The notes: generated by a model not told the origin, from the letters alone. A stretch of DNA of 64,000 nt from Lophium mytilinum (GCA_010093605.1 MU004183.1:248001-312000), one strand, 5' to 3'; positions 22,594-35,310 are shown, counted from the first letter of the stretch. A program made the numbers and translations.

Positions 22594-25500
22594 ATGGCGA
22601 GCAAGGCGAAGCTGGATCCCGTCTGGGATGACTTGGACAGGTATCGTGGCCCGATCCTCTCCGCCATGTGACGCCCCTAACGAGTGCAGGACTATGGTGT
22701 GTTTGATTTCCCATGGCACGCCATGCGCTGCCTATGCTGACTGGCCTAGGGCCAACTGTTCATGATGGGGTTTGATGGGACTACCGTGACCCCACAGATC
22801 CGGACTCTGATCGAGAAGCACCATTTAGGCTGCATCCTACTAACCGCAAAGAACCTGAAGTGTGAGCATAAACTGACCTCGCTTCATATGCAACCACCCA
22901 CCCAAGCCTGTCCACTAACACCCTGAAGCTGCCGAGGAAACGACGAAACTGTGCTACGAGCTGCAAAAAGTAGCCCACGATGCCGGCCATCCAGTGCCAC
23001 TGGCCATCGGCGTCGACCAGGAGAATGGAGGTGTTAACAGCCTCTTCGATGAGATTTACATCCGGCAGTATCCCAGCAATATGGGCATCGCTGCCACTGG
23101 CTCGACAGATCTTGCCTTTGAGGTCGCAAAAGCCACCGCACAAGAGATATCGGCTTGCGGTATCAACTGGATCTTTGGCCCGTGTCTAGATGTTCTAACG
23201 AATGCCCGGAACCAGCCCCTTGGTGTCAGGACCGCCGGTGATGACCCGCAAGAAGTCTCTGCCTATGGCGTAGCCTTCATGAAAGGCTACAAAGAAGCGG
23301 GTGTTGCCACTCTCGGAAAGCACTTTCCTTCCTACGGAAACCTTGAGTTTCTCGGATCCACCCTAGACGTTCCTATCATCACTGAGTCACTAGAACAGCT
23401 GAGCCTGAGTGCTCTGATTCCGTTCCGAAACGCCATCCAACAAGGCTTAGATTCAATGATGGTGGGCGGATGTGCAATGTCTTCAGCAGGCCTAAACGCC
23501 ATGCACGCCTGCCTCTCGGATCAAGTCGTTGACGGACTGCTCCGCTCAGACCTCAAGTTTGATGGTGTCGTCGTCTCAGAGTGCCTCGAGATGGAGGCCT
23601 TGAGCCACAACATAGGCGTCGGTGGAGGCACTGTTATGGCCGTCAACGCCGGCTGCGACGTAATTCTCCTCTGTCGGTCTTTCCAAGTTCAACAAGAAGC
23701 CATCAAGGGTCTGAAGACTGGAATAGAAAATTCCATGATCACCAAAGAGAGGATCTACAACTCGCTCCGCCGGGTTCTGACCATGAAGCTAAGATGCACA
23801 TCGTGGGAGAAGGCGCTCAACCCCCCAGGGATAGCTTTCCTCGAAACTTTGCAACCATCACACACCGCTTTGTCAACGAAAGCATACAACTCATCCATTA
23901 CTGTTGTCCGAGATAAGAACCGGCTATTACCGCTCACCAATATCATCGACAGCGAGGAAGAGCTTCTTTTACTAACCCCCCTCGTCAAACCTCTCGCCGC
24001 ATCTGCAGCATCACGTGCTTTATCAGAAACCGCTGCCACAGGATCTCCTGAGCCTGCAGTCTGGGAGCGAAGCGCCTCAGTGATGAGTGGGGAGCGAGTA
24101 TTCCGGGAACTCGGAAGATCACTTGCACGTCAACGAAGCGGACGCGTTCTCCACACGTCATACACAGCTAACGGCGTCCGCCCAGTCCACGAGAACCTGA
24201 TAAACAGAGCCAGTGCCATTATAGTCATGACCGCGGACGCCAATCGGAATTTGTATCAACATGGATTCACCAAACACGTGTCGATGATCTGCAATATGCA
24301 GTACACCACTGGGGGAGAGAAAAGAGAGAAGCCTCTTATCGTCGTTTCGGTCAGCTCCCCCTACGATTTTGCTATGGACACCAGCATCGGGACGTACATA
24401 TGCACCTACGACTTTACGGAAACCGCGCTCAACAGCCTCGTCAAAGTTTTGTACGGCGAACTTTCACCGTCCGGGACACTGCCAGGAACAATTAGCAAGA
24501 GTCAGAAACTACATCACTCAAAGCAACACTGGCTCGTCGAAACATACAACGAGGAGCGCGATGCAAATGCTCTGGACAGCCTGATCATAGCCGTCATGGA
24601 GGGCACGCCGCCTAACCAACGCTCAGAGCTTTCGAGCGCAACTTCAAACTCATTCACATTGCATCATCCGGAAGTCGTCGAAGCACACTTCGTTGTCCGG
24701 AATAGCAGCACCCAAGCCCTGTACGGCTTCTGTTCTACCTACTTCTTCAGAACGACCGGGACTGGAGTTATTGGCGCATTATTCGTGGATCCTTCGCGGA
24801 GGAAGCTCTCCATTGGTCATTCCCTACACAATCGAGCCATCCGTACGCTATTACAAAGAGAAGGGATCAAGAGGTTTCAGCTAGGCTCCAGACTGCCAAG
24901 CATCTTTTTAGGTATCCCGACCGGACACGGGGGCGAGAGGAAGCGACTCCGCTCCTGGTTTGCCAACCTCGGGTGGAGCGCAGCGCTATCACGGTCAGTG
25001 TGCAGCATGGTTGCCCGTAATCTTCTCACCTGGACACCTCCTGACGGCATGGCAAAGAGTCTGGCCGGGGCCGGAGCTGAGTTCGACCTGGTGTATGGAT
25101 GGGAATACTCAGGCCCGATCCTGGACCATATCAAGACAAGCAACCGCCAGGGGCTGGCTGAGGTGTACAAGATGGCGCTGTCAGATCCTTCAGCTTGTGG
25201 GATCATCCGAGCAAAGCGACCGGAGGACGGAGCGCTCGTCGGGACAGTAGTCCTCTACAACATGCACTCGCGGCTGGCGGAGTACGTGCCGCCCATGAAG
25301 GACCTGAACGAGATGGCGGGAGGCATCTCGTCGCCCGTCATCTCCCCCGCAGTCGGGGAGTACTCGACGTTGCTGCAGGGCCTCATCCTGCTCGGGATGC
25401 GGCAGATCAAGGCGCAGGGGTGCAATGCCTGCATCCTAGACTATGTGAGTATTGATTGGCGGCGTTTCGACTGCCATTAGCTGACACATCATAGATGGAC

Positions 25501-25608
25501 GGGGATGGCAACTTCGATGGGTTTTCCGCCATGGGGTTCGATGTGCTGCATAACTTCGAGGAGGTGAGCTGCGATGCGGCGACGTGGACCATGATCCCGC
25601 CGTCGTAG
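22594..25608 (+). CDS. NGS1: GH3 beta-N-acetylhexosaminidase-like + GNAT protein (Ngs1/Nag3 GlcNAc-sensor family), 5 exons including a 7-nt microexon
   Basis: Exons 22594-22640, 22690-22696, 22750-22861, 22929-25444, 25495-25608 give 931 aa. GH3 motifs: GQLFMMGFDG, DQENGGV, KHFP. GNAT motif A: FVDPSRRKLSIGHSL. Located in the GlcNAc cluster. Confidence 0.9.
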
Positions 25609-26679
25609 GCTGGTTTGGGATTCATCTCCGGGACGGCTGCTGCGAACTCAGATGTACGAGGCGAAGAAATTGAGATGCGGGGCAAGCAAGCATCGCGCTG
25701 GCGGTGTGTGCTGACTCGCCAGCCCGGGCCTGTGATTATTAGGGCAGCGGCTGACATTAACGCTGCAAAAGTTTGTTGAAATACCCGGACCTGGCCATGG
25801 GCGCGCCTGTGGGAAGAATGTGTCTCTTGGGACGTTTGATTTAGCTTGGGTCTAGCCGGTAGCAGTCGTGATAGCTGGGAGGAGTACCGTGGATAGGCGT
25901 CCGGGGTCTTTTGATGGACGCCACTGGGCTATTGTTACCACTTTTACAACCAGGGTCACGCCTCGAACTGGGGTCAAAGTGCACATGTTGATACCGGCTT
26001 ACGGCGTTTGGGCTGTTCTTTGGGTACCATGGGGGCTGTTGCTACTGTCTCTCCTCTACTATCAGACTTCAGACTCAGGTCAAACTGCACCTTGCTCTCA
26101 GCCCACGGCTCGCTGGCGTGGTGGCGCGACTCTTGAATCCTGCACCGGCTCGTCTTGCTGTCGTGGGGTGAGCCCGATGCCGTATGTCAGCCGCCGCAGG
26201 CTAAGTCGGTGGGCAGCCGCCGTAGAATGGATCTGCAACGGCCTTCTCGAAGCCTACCGGAAACGGCCCTCCGCGACAGCCGTCAGCGCAGAGCTCAAGT
26301 CACAGCAGCCTCGTCGTCGCGCTGGCGGTGTGTGTGGCCTGGCGAACTGCCCGTTTGAGCGAGCCTGCAGGCCTCCACTTCGGGGGCTGGATTGAGCTGC
26401 TCCTGTCGCACAACGAACATTGCCAGGGCCCTGTGCCGTTTATTTCGGGTGCCCTCTCCCATGCTCCAAGCTGCTCCGATGCGCACCAAGCCTCTCTAGC
26501 TACGCTATCCGACCGCCCTCGTCAACGCCTCCCACCACCCAGCTACGTACCATCTCGACCTCCCCAGCCCACCCATACACCTTCAAGTTCGAGTATCTGC
26601 ATGACGGCGAAACCTCCTCATTTGAACGCCGCCGCTCAAGGCACGCCCATACCCGCCGCGATTCGGCCCTATCACCGCC

Positions 26680-28348
26680 ATGGAGGGCTTCGATACCATC
26701 ACCATGTCCTACTTGGCAGCAGGCCCAATGTCACTCCAGGACGTAACCGCGGGAGACCAGCACCAGCAGATGGTGCCGATGCTGCCGCTCGACGGCCTCG
26801 ATCACCACTCTAATTACGACGCAGAGACCTTCGCGGGGTAAGCTCTCCGTGCTGTGAGCAGCAGTCATGCAAATGCTGACCCTTCTAAGGAGCGACGATG
26901 CCACCTTCGCGCAGCACGCAATCCAACCGCCGCCGCCCTTAAAGCGCTTCTCGAGCGCATATGAGGACCCTTTCTCCGACGCCCTCAGCACCACCTACGA
27001 GCCGCCGCCGCACCCCGATCAGAATGGCGCCGAGAGCCCGTCCATCGAGCGCGACAACAAGCTGCTCAGCTTCTCGCTGCCCGCCTATGCCTACCAGCTG
27101 CTCGACTACCAGTACCGGCGGACCTCGATCAACATATCAGCGCAGCTGCATGGCATGTTCTTCCTGGCCGAGTCGCCCTGGGCCACCGCCGGCGATGTCG
27201 CTGCTCCGCCCACCGAGTTGACCTGCTACAGGCGCAACCTCTTCCAGATCACCGGGACCATCACGTTACCTCGCGGGCTCCAATACATCCTCACCGAGCA
27301 GGGTGAGCAGATTCCCATCATCGGACAGGAACTGAGCATTTCGGCCACCGAGTCGCTAGAGGGAAACTCGGTGAAGATTATATCGGTGCCGTGGAAGACG
27401 CCCGCCAGCAGCTCGGCCGTCGTAGAGGACAAGACGGAGAAGGAGCCGCCCGCGTATCCCCTGGACCTCTCCAATGGACAGGATATGGATTCAGAATACG
27501 TTAATTTCCCGATTGCATGGAAGAGGCTGCAGTTCCGCATAGCGACTGCGAACAACGGACGGAGGAAGGAGCTGCAGCAGCACTTTGTCGTGCGGCTCAA
27601 GGTCATGGCCCAACTATCTACTGGAGCGAAGATACCCATCTGCGAAGTCCGTTCGGGAGCTATCATCGTGCGTGGACGAAGCCCGCGGAACTTCCAGTCG
27701 CGGAAGGATTTCCCGATCAGTGGGGGCGGAAGCACTGCCCGAAAGGCCTCTCACATGCCGGCACAACCGCAGAGGACGTCGACGGGCGAGTCGAGCCACA
27801 ATGCGCTGCATGGCGACCGCAGTAATAAACCGATGGACGTGCTCCAACTGCCCTTCCAGTTTGATGCCAACGACCTCCCTGTCTCGCCAGACATGTTCGA
27901 CTGGAAAATCCCAACTGGGCAACCCGGCGCAATGACTGCAATCCCGCAAGCCGCTGTATCGTATCCCATGCCATCAGCAAGTCCATACGCACAATCGAGC
28001 CCCGAAACCTCCAGGCAGCACCAGAACCTCAGGCCTCCGCCGGCGCCGATCAACCTGTCACTAACAGACGAGGAACCAAAGAAATCGGCCTCACCTTCTG
28101 ACCCAGTGAAAAAGCACCAGAGACTGACCCCTGCTAGACCCCCATCTTTCTCCTTGAATCTGATTAGTAGTCCGGACGAAAGCGCAGATCTGTTGTACGA
28201 GTACTTCCCGCTAGGACTGGATGACTGGATGCCACCTGTCGACGCTGTGTACCGGCCTCACGTCGTCCACCACACGAATCTGCCCCAAGATCCGAAAGCT
28301 GTTGCCGTCAAGAGCCGATCCAAGCGATACTTTTCCGAGAACTGGTGA
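26680..28348 (+). CDS. RON1: Ndt80/PhoG-family transcription factor (RON1/XprG-like)
   Basis: Exons 26680-26837 and 26890-28348. Motifs LHGMFFLAE, LTCYRRNLFQI, WKRLQFRIATANNGRRKELQQHF, IIVRGRSPRNF. C-terminal LYEYFPLGLDDWMPPVDAVYRPHVVHH. Confidence 0.93.
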
Positions 28349-31300
28349 TGTGATGTATTGACACTGCCACGAGTCCTGGATGCTGGTAGCATACTCGAGC
28401 AGATGGACGATGTTCCGTCCGGTTCAGTCCACAAACACGGCGCCGGAACAACGATTGCGCAGCCTTGATGTTCTACGATGCGTTCTATGGCCCGCGCCAC
28501 CTCTCACCGTGTGCGTGCAACGTGCCGCGTGCGACGGCCAGATCTTGGTATCGGCATGATCTTACGCCCGGCTGGCGGGGTGACCGAATTTTTGAGGCGG
28601 CCGACTAGTGTTGCGAACGGAGAGATCATAGCGCCATGGGCATTCGATCACGATGCGCCTTTCGATCGCCCTACAACACCGGAGTTGCCTCCAGATTCTT
28701 AGCCTCTTCCAAGCAAAATCGGACCGAGAAATCCCCCGAGAGCTTTTTCCCGTCCTTGGAATCCACATCGAGATATAAGCTTCCAATAACGGCCCTGGTC
28801 CTACTTCAATTGGCTCCTCAGTAAGCTGCGGCCAATCCTTTTTCTCTGGACTGCATAGCGGACTTGTGAACTCGAACTTTGGCACCGACACGACTTTCTC
28901 ACTGCAGGCGAGCATCCCTTTATCTACGATTCCGTTCTTTGCAGCGGCTTCTCTCCCGACTTTTGGCGTTGTTTGGTGTTCCTTTTCATTATGGACGGCA
29001 ACGGAACGACCTGTATGCGATATACCAATTTACGGACGGATTCGAATTTTCTTCTAGGTTTCGGAAACATACCCTCTTCCTATCGATACCTTGGCACGGT
29101 GTGATTTTGTCTTCTTATCTGTGGATCCATTTCGGACGGATCTCTTTTTCTCGGCGGTGGCGATAGCAGTGTGGTTTGGGCGATTGATTGATGGATTTGA
29201 TGGACGAGGAGGATCTTTGTATAACTTACCTCGGTATATCTTATTCCAGGAGTGAGGGTCGGGTGGCGATAGGATTGGAGAAGTGAGGGATATATCCTGA
29301 ATACCTACTTATTCAACTCCCTAGTTTTGGCACTGGGGTAACGGTGTGCGATGACGATCCCACAATAGCTCGATGAGCTCACCCCGAAGTGTATGCATCT
29401 TTAGTCAAACGTCCCGGATCTTCGTCGGTAAAGGATACCCACTGGCGGCCCAACGAGAGAAAACAAAAAGGTAAAGGAGGGATGATGCAAGAAGAACTGG
29501 AAAAATCAGACTTCGCAGAAGACCAAAAACAATCGAAAAGAAAGCAAAACCAGTTGAGAGAGCGCACTTAACTTGAACCTCCACCATTACCACCCCCCTT
29601 AGAGTGCCACCTACCCAATCCTCGTATCCTCGACGCTCCGTCTCGCCTATCTGTCTCCAGACCTAAATCCAACTCTCTTACCTCATAAAAACCGCCTGCA
29701 TGATCTAACCACGGAAAATTTCAATTCCCGCAACATCGATATAACCTCATCGCACCACCACAACAACAACCGCCCCTCTCCGTTGCAGTCGCCGAAGAAG
29801 CTCAGACACACCGTGGTGGCAAAAGGCGGTTTAAAGCGATGGGAGCGAGGTGAATAGTCAAAGCGGCTGCAACCTAACAGCTGGAGGTTCGAATGGCGCA
29901 CACTCACTCTGCGCCCTTGACCGCGCAGACACGGATGCTGCGTTTGATGTTCGTCAATGCGAACCGCACCTCCAATTTTTCACCTTGTCGACCTCGCTCT
30001 GATGCAGCCCTACCCAGCTATCCATAACCTCACACAACCACTCGCCAGACCAGACTCTAAAAAAGCCCGCAGAAACAAAACCCCGCATAACGTAGCAAAG
30101 GAGCGCGCACCGCAGCGGTGGTTACACGCACGTATATACCCCCCCCCCATCCTAACCATATCCCAAGAATAGCAAACTTAAACCTAGCACCGCTTACCCA
30201 ACCTCAGCAAAACACGCACGCACGCAAAGCGGGCGCGGACCTCGATTTGCTGCGTTTCGTCGGGGAAAGGCAGGAATGTGGGGAAAGAATGGGATGACAT
30301 GGACCGCCGCGATGCAACCTCGCCCGCTTGCCCCCCCAAAAAAAAACACGCAAAACCGAGCTGCGTAAACGAGGGCCTCGATCGCGCACGCAAAATACAC
30401 GTGTGTTGTTTGGTTCTTTTGGGAAGTGAGGTTCGGGCTTGTCAAGAACCGGAGCCGGAGGGCTTTCCGAGGTGTGTGTTATACCATCTTTTAGAAACTC
30501 GTCCTATTCGGAAATTTGATTGTTGGTGATGGCGATACCCCAGCGTGCCCCAGTCTACGTGTTATGAGAAATGGAATTGAAGGAATCAGGCCAGCCATCA
30601 GTTTAGATCATGACTTGCACGTTTCGGAGCCCTCTCCGACGTTTGCGGTTTGGCTGAGCAACAATCAATGTAACCCTGCCTGATGTTTGATATTGCAAAC
30701 GCAGTAGTCAGAGCGAGGGTGCGGGCGGAAGAGGGCGGAATCCCAAGTTCCTAAATACGAATCTTACGCTCTCGCAATCGCTAAGGTTTCACAAGCTCCG
30801 GATGTAATGATTGCCTAACTCCCTGGCCATTGGAAGGAGCCGTAGGACGCATATCCATTAAAATGAGTTGCATATAGCAGTCCATACGCCCTCTGGTCCT
30901 AGTGTCTAGCTTCCCAGAATGATAGAGAGAACGCGCGTACGACATCGCATATTGTATAATATAAGACCGTAAATGGCAAAATAAATGGCACTAAGAGACT
31001 TTTACTTCATAGAAAAAAGTTTATCCGCCAGGATTTCTCTAAATCCCAGAATAACCAAAACCCGCAACCCTAGTATAAGTTTACCCGGTTGCGCACAATA
31101 GCACCCCACACCACATGGGTGAAACGCCGAGCCCGTTGCTTTGGAACGCCTGAGGCCAGATGCATGACAGATAAAGAAAAAGAAGAACAATGTGACATCG
31201 AACGCGTGGATCCTGCAGACCCTACCTTTGTTCGGAACATACAACGGAGAACATCAAGTGGTAGTATAGTGTAGTAGAGAAACCACAAGGTGGCATGCCG

Positions 31301-31594
31301 GGCTAGGGCGATTAACGCCAGTAGCAAGGGTAGAGAATCGGAAAAGAGAAAGAAAATCAATGCGAGATCCAAGAACCCCGGCCCGCTCAAGCTCTGGTAA
31401 GAGCTAGAGAGCTGGCCTCAAAATCCTACCGGATAAATGGATCCCGTTGTAACATCGCAAAATGCACGTGACTCGTGATACTATGCTTCCCATCCATAGT
31501 AGCCAAATCGATACGCCAGACGCCTAGCCATGCAAGGAGGATAGACAAGTAGGAAAGAAAGGGTGTTGTGGCAATGCAAGACGAGTCAAGGGAC

Positions 31595-33355
31595 TCAGGC
31601 TTCGCGTTCCTCAAGACAGCACACGCCCACGGCGGCGCCGAAGATCGCTGATTCGACCGCCGGCTCTAGTACGACGGAGTGTGGCTCGGCGCCTGATAGG
31701 TCGGTGAGCTCGTCTAGGTAGGACTGGCAGAGGTCTTTGAAGTACGGATACTTCTCGATGACGGAACCGTTACAGCCAATCGACACGCGGCCGACACACG
31801 AGGGGCTAAGCCCCTCGGCGGATGCGCGGAGGGACCACAACGCATGAATTCCTGCCGCAAGGTACGCTGCGGCGCGGTGCGACACGAGCTGTGAGATGTG
31901 GCGGACGAATGAGAGGTCGGAGAAGGTCGGGGGTTTCGAGAGGGGGTGAGCGGTTTGAAAAGCGGTGCAGGCTTGGGAGAGAGATGCAGAGTCGTCACTT
32001 GAACATGAATATGTCAGTATAGCACTAAGTTTACGTGGAGGGGAATACTCACGACTCGAAGATTGCGATAATGCCCGTGTCTAACGAATAGGCTTCAGAT
32101 AGCTTGTCCGGTACTTCTCCACCAAACAGACCAGCCGTTCGGACTGCCTCGAGAAGAACTAGCCGGACAATCTCTCCCAGATATCGGCCGCTGACAAGAT
32201 GCTCAAAGGGTTGGAAGTCGGGGTGAGTGTGGTTAGCATTTAGAGTGTCATCCCAGCGTGTCGTCGGTAGGATGTCTTTGCCAAACATGCTGAGCTCTGT
32301 GTTGACGAGCACGTGGTCTGCTTGGTCGTGCCAGCTTTGCGGCCGCTGTCCAAACTTGGAGTGAGCCAATGCAGAGACTGGTAAATGCACTGCGGCATTG
32401 AACCCAGTGCCAAGGATCAGCGCTAATCGCGTCGAATTGTCCTTGTACGCTCTGGAGAGCAGAGTGGCGGAGGCATCGTTGACAATGGAGTCCATGCGAA
32501 CGTTGAGGTTCTGTAACCCGATTAGTAAAAGTCTGAATTCAGGGGCTGAAAATAATGCTCACCCGTTCTTGACAAGACTTCATGATCAGCTCGCCGAGAT
32601 CTTGACCAAGGGTGCCTTCAGTCGCCAGAAAGCCTTTGCCCATACTCAGCAGCATGCCGCTGCGTATTGATGTTTGCCTGCAAAGACGTTAGCAATTCAG
32701 TTTGAGACTGCGGGCAACGATATGCATACTCGACAGGGAATGACCAAGCGAGACCCATGGGAAGCGTAGATCCGTTGTTCCACGATTTCCCCTCTGGGCC
32801 GGAGATGGACTCCTCGATCTTCAACGCCATCCAGTCAAAGAACGCATGGCCTTTCAACGAGCGGATGGCGTTGTCTATTCGGAAGCTTCGCATATGGGTA
32901 ATTCGCATGCTCTCGGCGCCGGCACTCTGTCCGTTCAACTCAACCAACGCAACACGGAACGTCGAGCCGCCTACGTCCAGGGCCAGGTAGGTGCCTTGCT
33001 CGTCGCCGGTGGGCAGCGTGTGGTTGTAGGAGGGCAGCATGCAGATGTTGCTCGCCTGGAGCTTGGGGTAGAACTGCGCCTGCAGCTTTGCGGACATGGC
33101 CAGCAGGCTCTTTGCATTCAGCGGGGCCTCGAATAGGCGCTGGACCTCGCTCCGGTAGTCCTCGAGCGAGCGGTCGCAGGCGCGCACGACATCTCGGATG
33201 CGCTTGGGCCCGCCGAGCGAGGGGAAAATGGCCTGGATGAATGACGGCAGCATCAGGATGCGCTCGAGGGCAGAGATGAATCTCTGCCAGAGGTCCAACA
33301 TAGGAGGAGGGGGTCCGGCGTCTTTGGACGGTGAGATGGTGGTCGAGGGACACAT
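31595..33355 (-). CDS. hxk3: Hexokinase-family N-acetylglucosamine kinase (Hxk3/HxkC clade), 4 exons
   Basis: Exons 33355-32730, 32677-32563, 32510-32053, 31997-31595. Motifs [50 protein letters not shown]. Cluster context supports GlcNAc specificity. The start could instead be the in-frame ATG at 33301. Confidence 0.9.
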
Positions 33356-33670
33356 GCGGCGTGGCTGCTGCGGAAGTGGTTCGTGGGCGGGATGCGGGTG
33401 AATGGCTGGGCGCAGCGGGGTGGAGCAGTGAAGCCAAAGGATGCGTCTGCTTGGGGCGCGGTGCAGTCAGATCAGGGCTTTGGTCGGTGGCAGGGCAGCG
33501 AGATTTCAGGGCGGGCCGGTGGACGTCGACCGATGTCGCAAACAGCTCTTATGCATGGCGGTTGTACGGGAGGACTCAGTTGTTAGAAGTAGAGGCGCTG
33601 GAAGGTGTCATCCGCTACGACGGCGGGGCCCTTCATTGCGTGCGCGTGGAGGGCACGGGAGAATGAATAG

Positions 33671-33723
33671 GCAGGATGGGCAGGACGGGCAGGGCAGGCA
33701 GGGCAGGCAGGGCAGGCAGGGCG
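33671..33723 (+). repeat. GGGCAGGCA-type minisatellite (G-rich)
   Basis: gggcaggacgggcagggcaggcagggcaggcagggcaggcaggg, about 320 bp upstream of the hxk3 ATG. Confidence 0.85.
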
Positions 33724-34746
33724 GCCAGCCAGCTGGGCCAGGGAATGCTCTGCGGCCAGCGTCGTGGGAGGATGATGGGGGCGATTGCTGATGCTCTCAG
33801 CGTCTGCGACCGTGGCCGCTGGGGGACTCGCCGGGGCGATATGGGGCACGGCAGCAGCAAGGGCTGGAGCTCGCGCCGAGGATCAAGCCGCGCCGTGTGA
33901 GTGGCCGTGGCCGCTGTTACAGCGAGATCGACTGTGGTGAGGTTGGAGGCTAGGGTTACATACCGCCGAGAACTACGCACGCAGAGGGGCACGCAGACGG
34001 GCCATGCCGGACAAGAGAAGGGCCAGCAGCGTGGGCCGGGGCACGGGGAGCGCCGTTGCAAGGGCCGGCAGAGTGCCTAGGAGGCCTGTATCGCTGATTG
34101 CTGGGTGGGCAGACGTGTTGTTGTAGTATCAATAAGCTCAAATTCCGCGATGCATTGGAGTGGAGCTGGGAATTGTCGACCGTGGAATCTGCCAGGTCCC
34201 AGGGTGGCTTCCCTCCCATCTGGGCCCGTTCCAGCCACAGCAACAGCGGAACGCACGGCCTTCCGCCGCCAGCCAAGATCCCGCCGCTGTTATAAACCTC
34301 CGAGATCTCCACCCTCGCCCATGGTTCACGTGGGCGCTACCCCTCTGCTATCCGCCCTGGGTTTCCCATAAATAACCCTCATATAACTCGTGGCGGCCCG
34401 CTGCCAGATCTGTACCACCTTCCGCAACACCACCTGGTCACTCCCGAGGTCACTCTCCTCTCATGGACCGCGCGGAACGCAGGCCTGGAAACGAGCCATG
34501 AAACGCAGCCCGCGCAAGGATGCTGACGACATGGCTCGGCACTATAAAACGCCTCCCGTACACGACTACCGCAGAACCACCGAGACGAGGCGAGAGCATA
34601 AGTGGCCTGCCTCGCCCACCCCCCGAGTGTAACCACAGCCAAGCCCTCTCATGCTCCATGCGGCCTGATCTCCCCAGACTTCGCTTCTCACGCGCCCGCA
34701 TTGGGTGGAACCGCAATCAAGCCAATCAAGCTCTATCGAGCGCCGC

Positions 34747-34853
34747 GTTGGGTGCCATGGCATTTCGTATCAACCCATTCCAGGTTGGGTGCCATAGCAT
34801 TTCGTATCAACCGTTCAGCGGGGTGCCATAGCAATCCGTACCAACCCATCCAG
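34747..34853. repeat. Three tandem copies of a 35-37-bp unit
   Basis: gttgggtgccatggcatttcgtatcaacccattccag / gttgggtgccatagcatttcgtatcaaccgttcag / cggggtgccatagcaatccgtaccaacccatccag. Confidence 0.9.
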
Positions 34854-35286
34854 CCTCCACCCGCCCATCCTCCCAACAACCTCACCCTGCAACTGAAACA
34901 CCACCAACACCCCTCGATAAGGTTGCCGATCCCAACCTCGCCTGCCAGCCAGCATCCCATCCTGCAGCTATCCGTAACCGCGCGACCCAAGCGTCGGCAA
35001 TCAGGTGGGTCCGCGATTTGCCCTCCCAATCCCAGGTTACGCGCCGGCTCACCCATGTTGCAGCGGGACGCGCGCACGAGGACGCCCTTATCCGTTTTGC
35101 TACCCGTCGCGTTTCCCCCTCCCCTGTGCTACCGTCGCTAGTGGGAGCGATACGCACGAGTCTGGGGTAGGCGGAAGGTGGTTCAGGGGACCCCCGCTTG
35201 GGTCGGGTGACACCTGGGAGACAGACCTAGGCGGAGCTAGCGAGGGGACGGAGCCGAGTTCCCGGGTGCTGGTGTTGAGATTGTGG

Positions 35287-35310
35287 GGTGGTGGTGGTGG
35301 TGGTGGTGGT
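35287..35310 (+). repeat. (GGT)n microsatellite
   Basis: About 8 GGT units in intergenic DNA. Confidence 0.85.

Noticed and set aside
29840..29915. tRNA suggested by GGTTCGAAT
   Set aside because: There is no complementary T-stem, D-arm or acceptor stem.
28349..31594. Telomerase RNA candidate (ATAAGT near 31075, partial AACCCT matches)
   Set aside because: No 1.5-repeat TAACCCTAA-type template or recognisable pseudoknot was found.
34747..34853. CRISPR-like array
   Set aside because: The DNA is eukaryotic, the units abut without unique spacers, and there are no cas genes.
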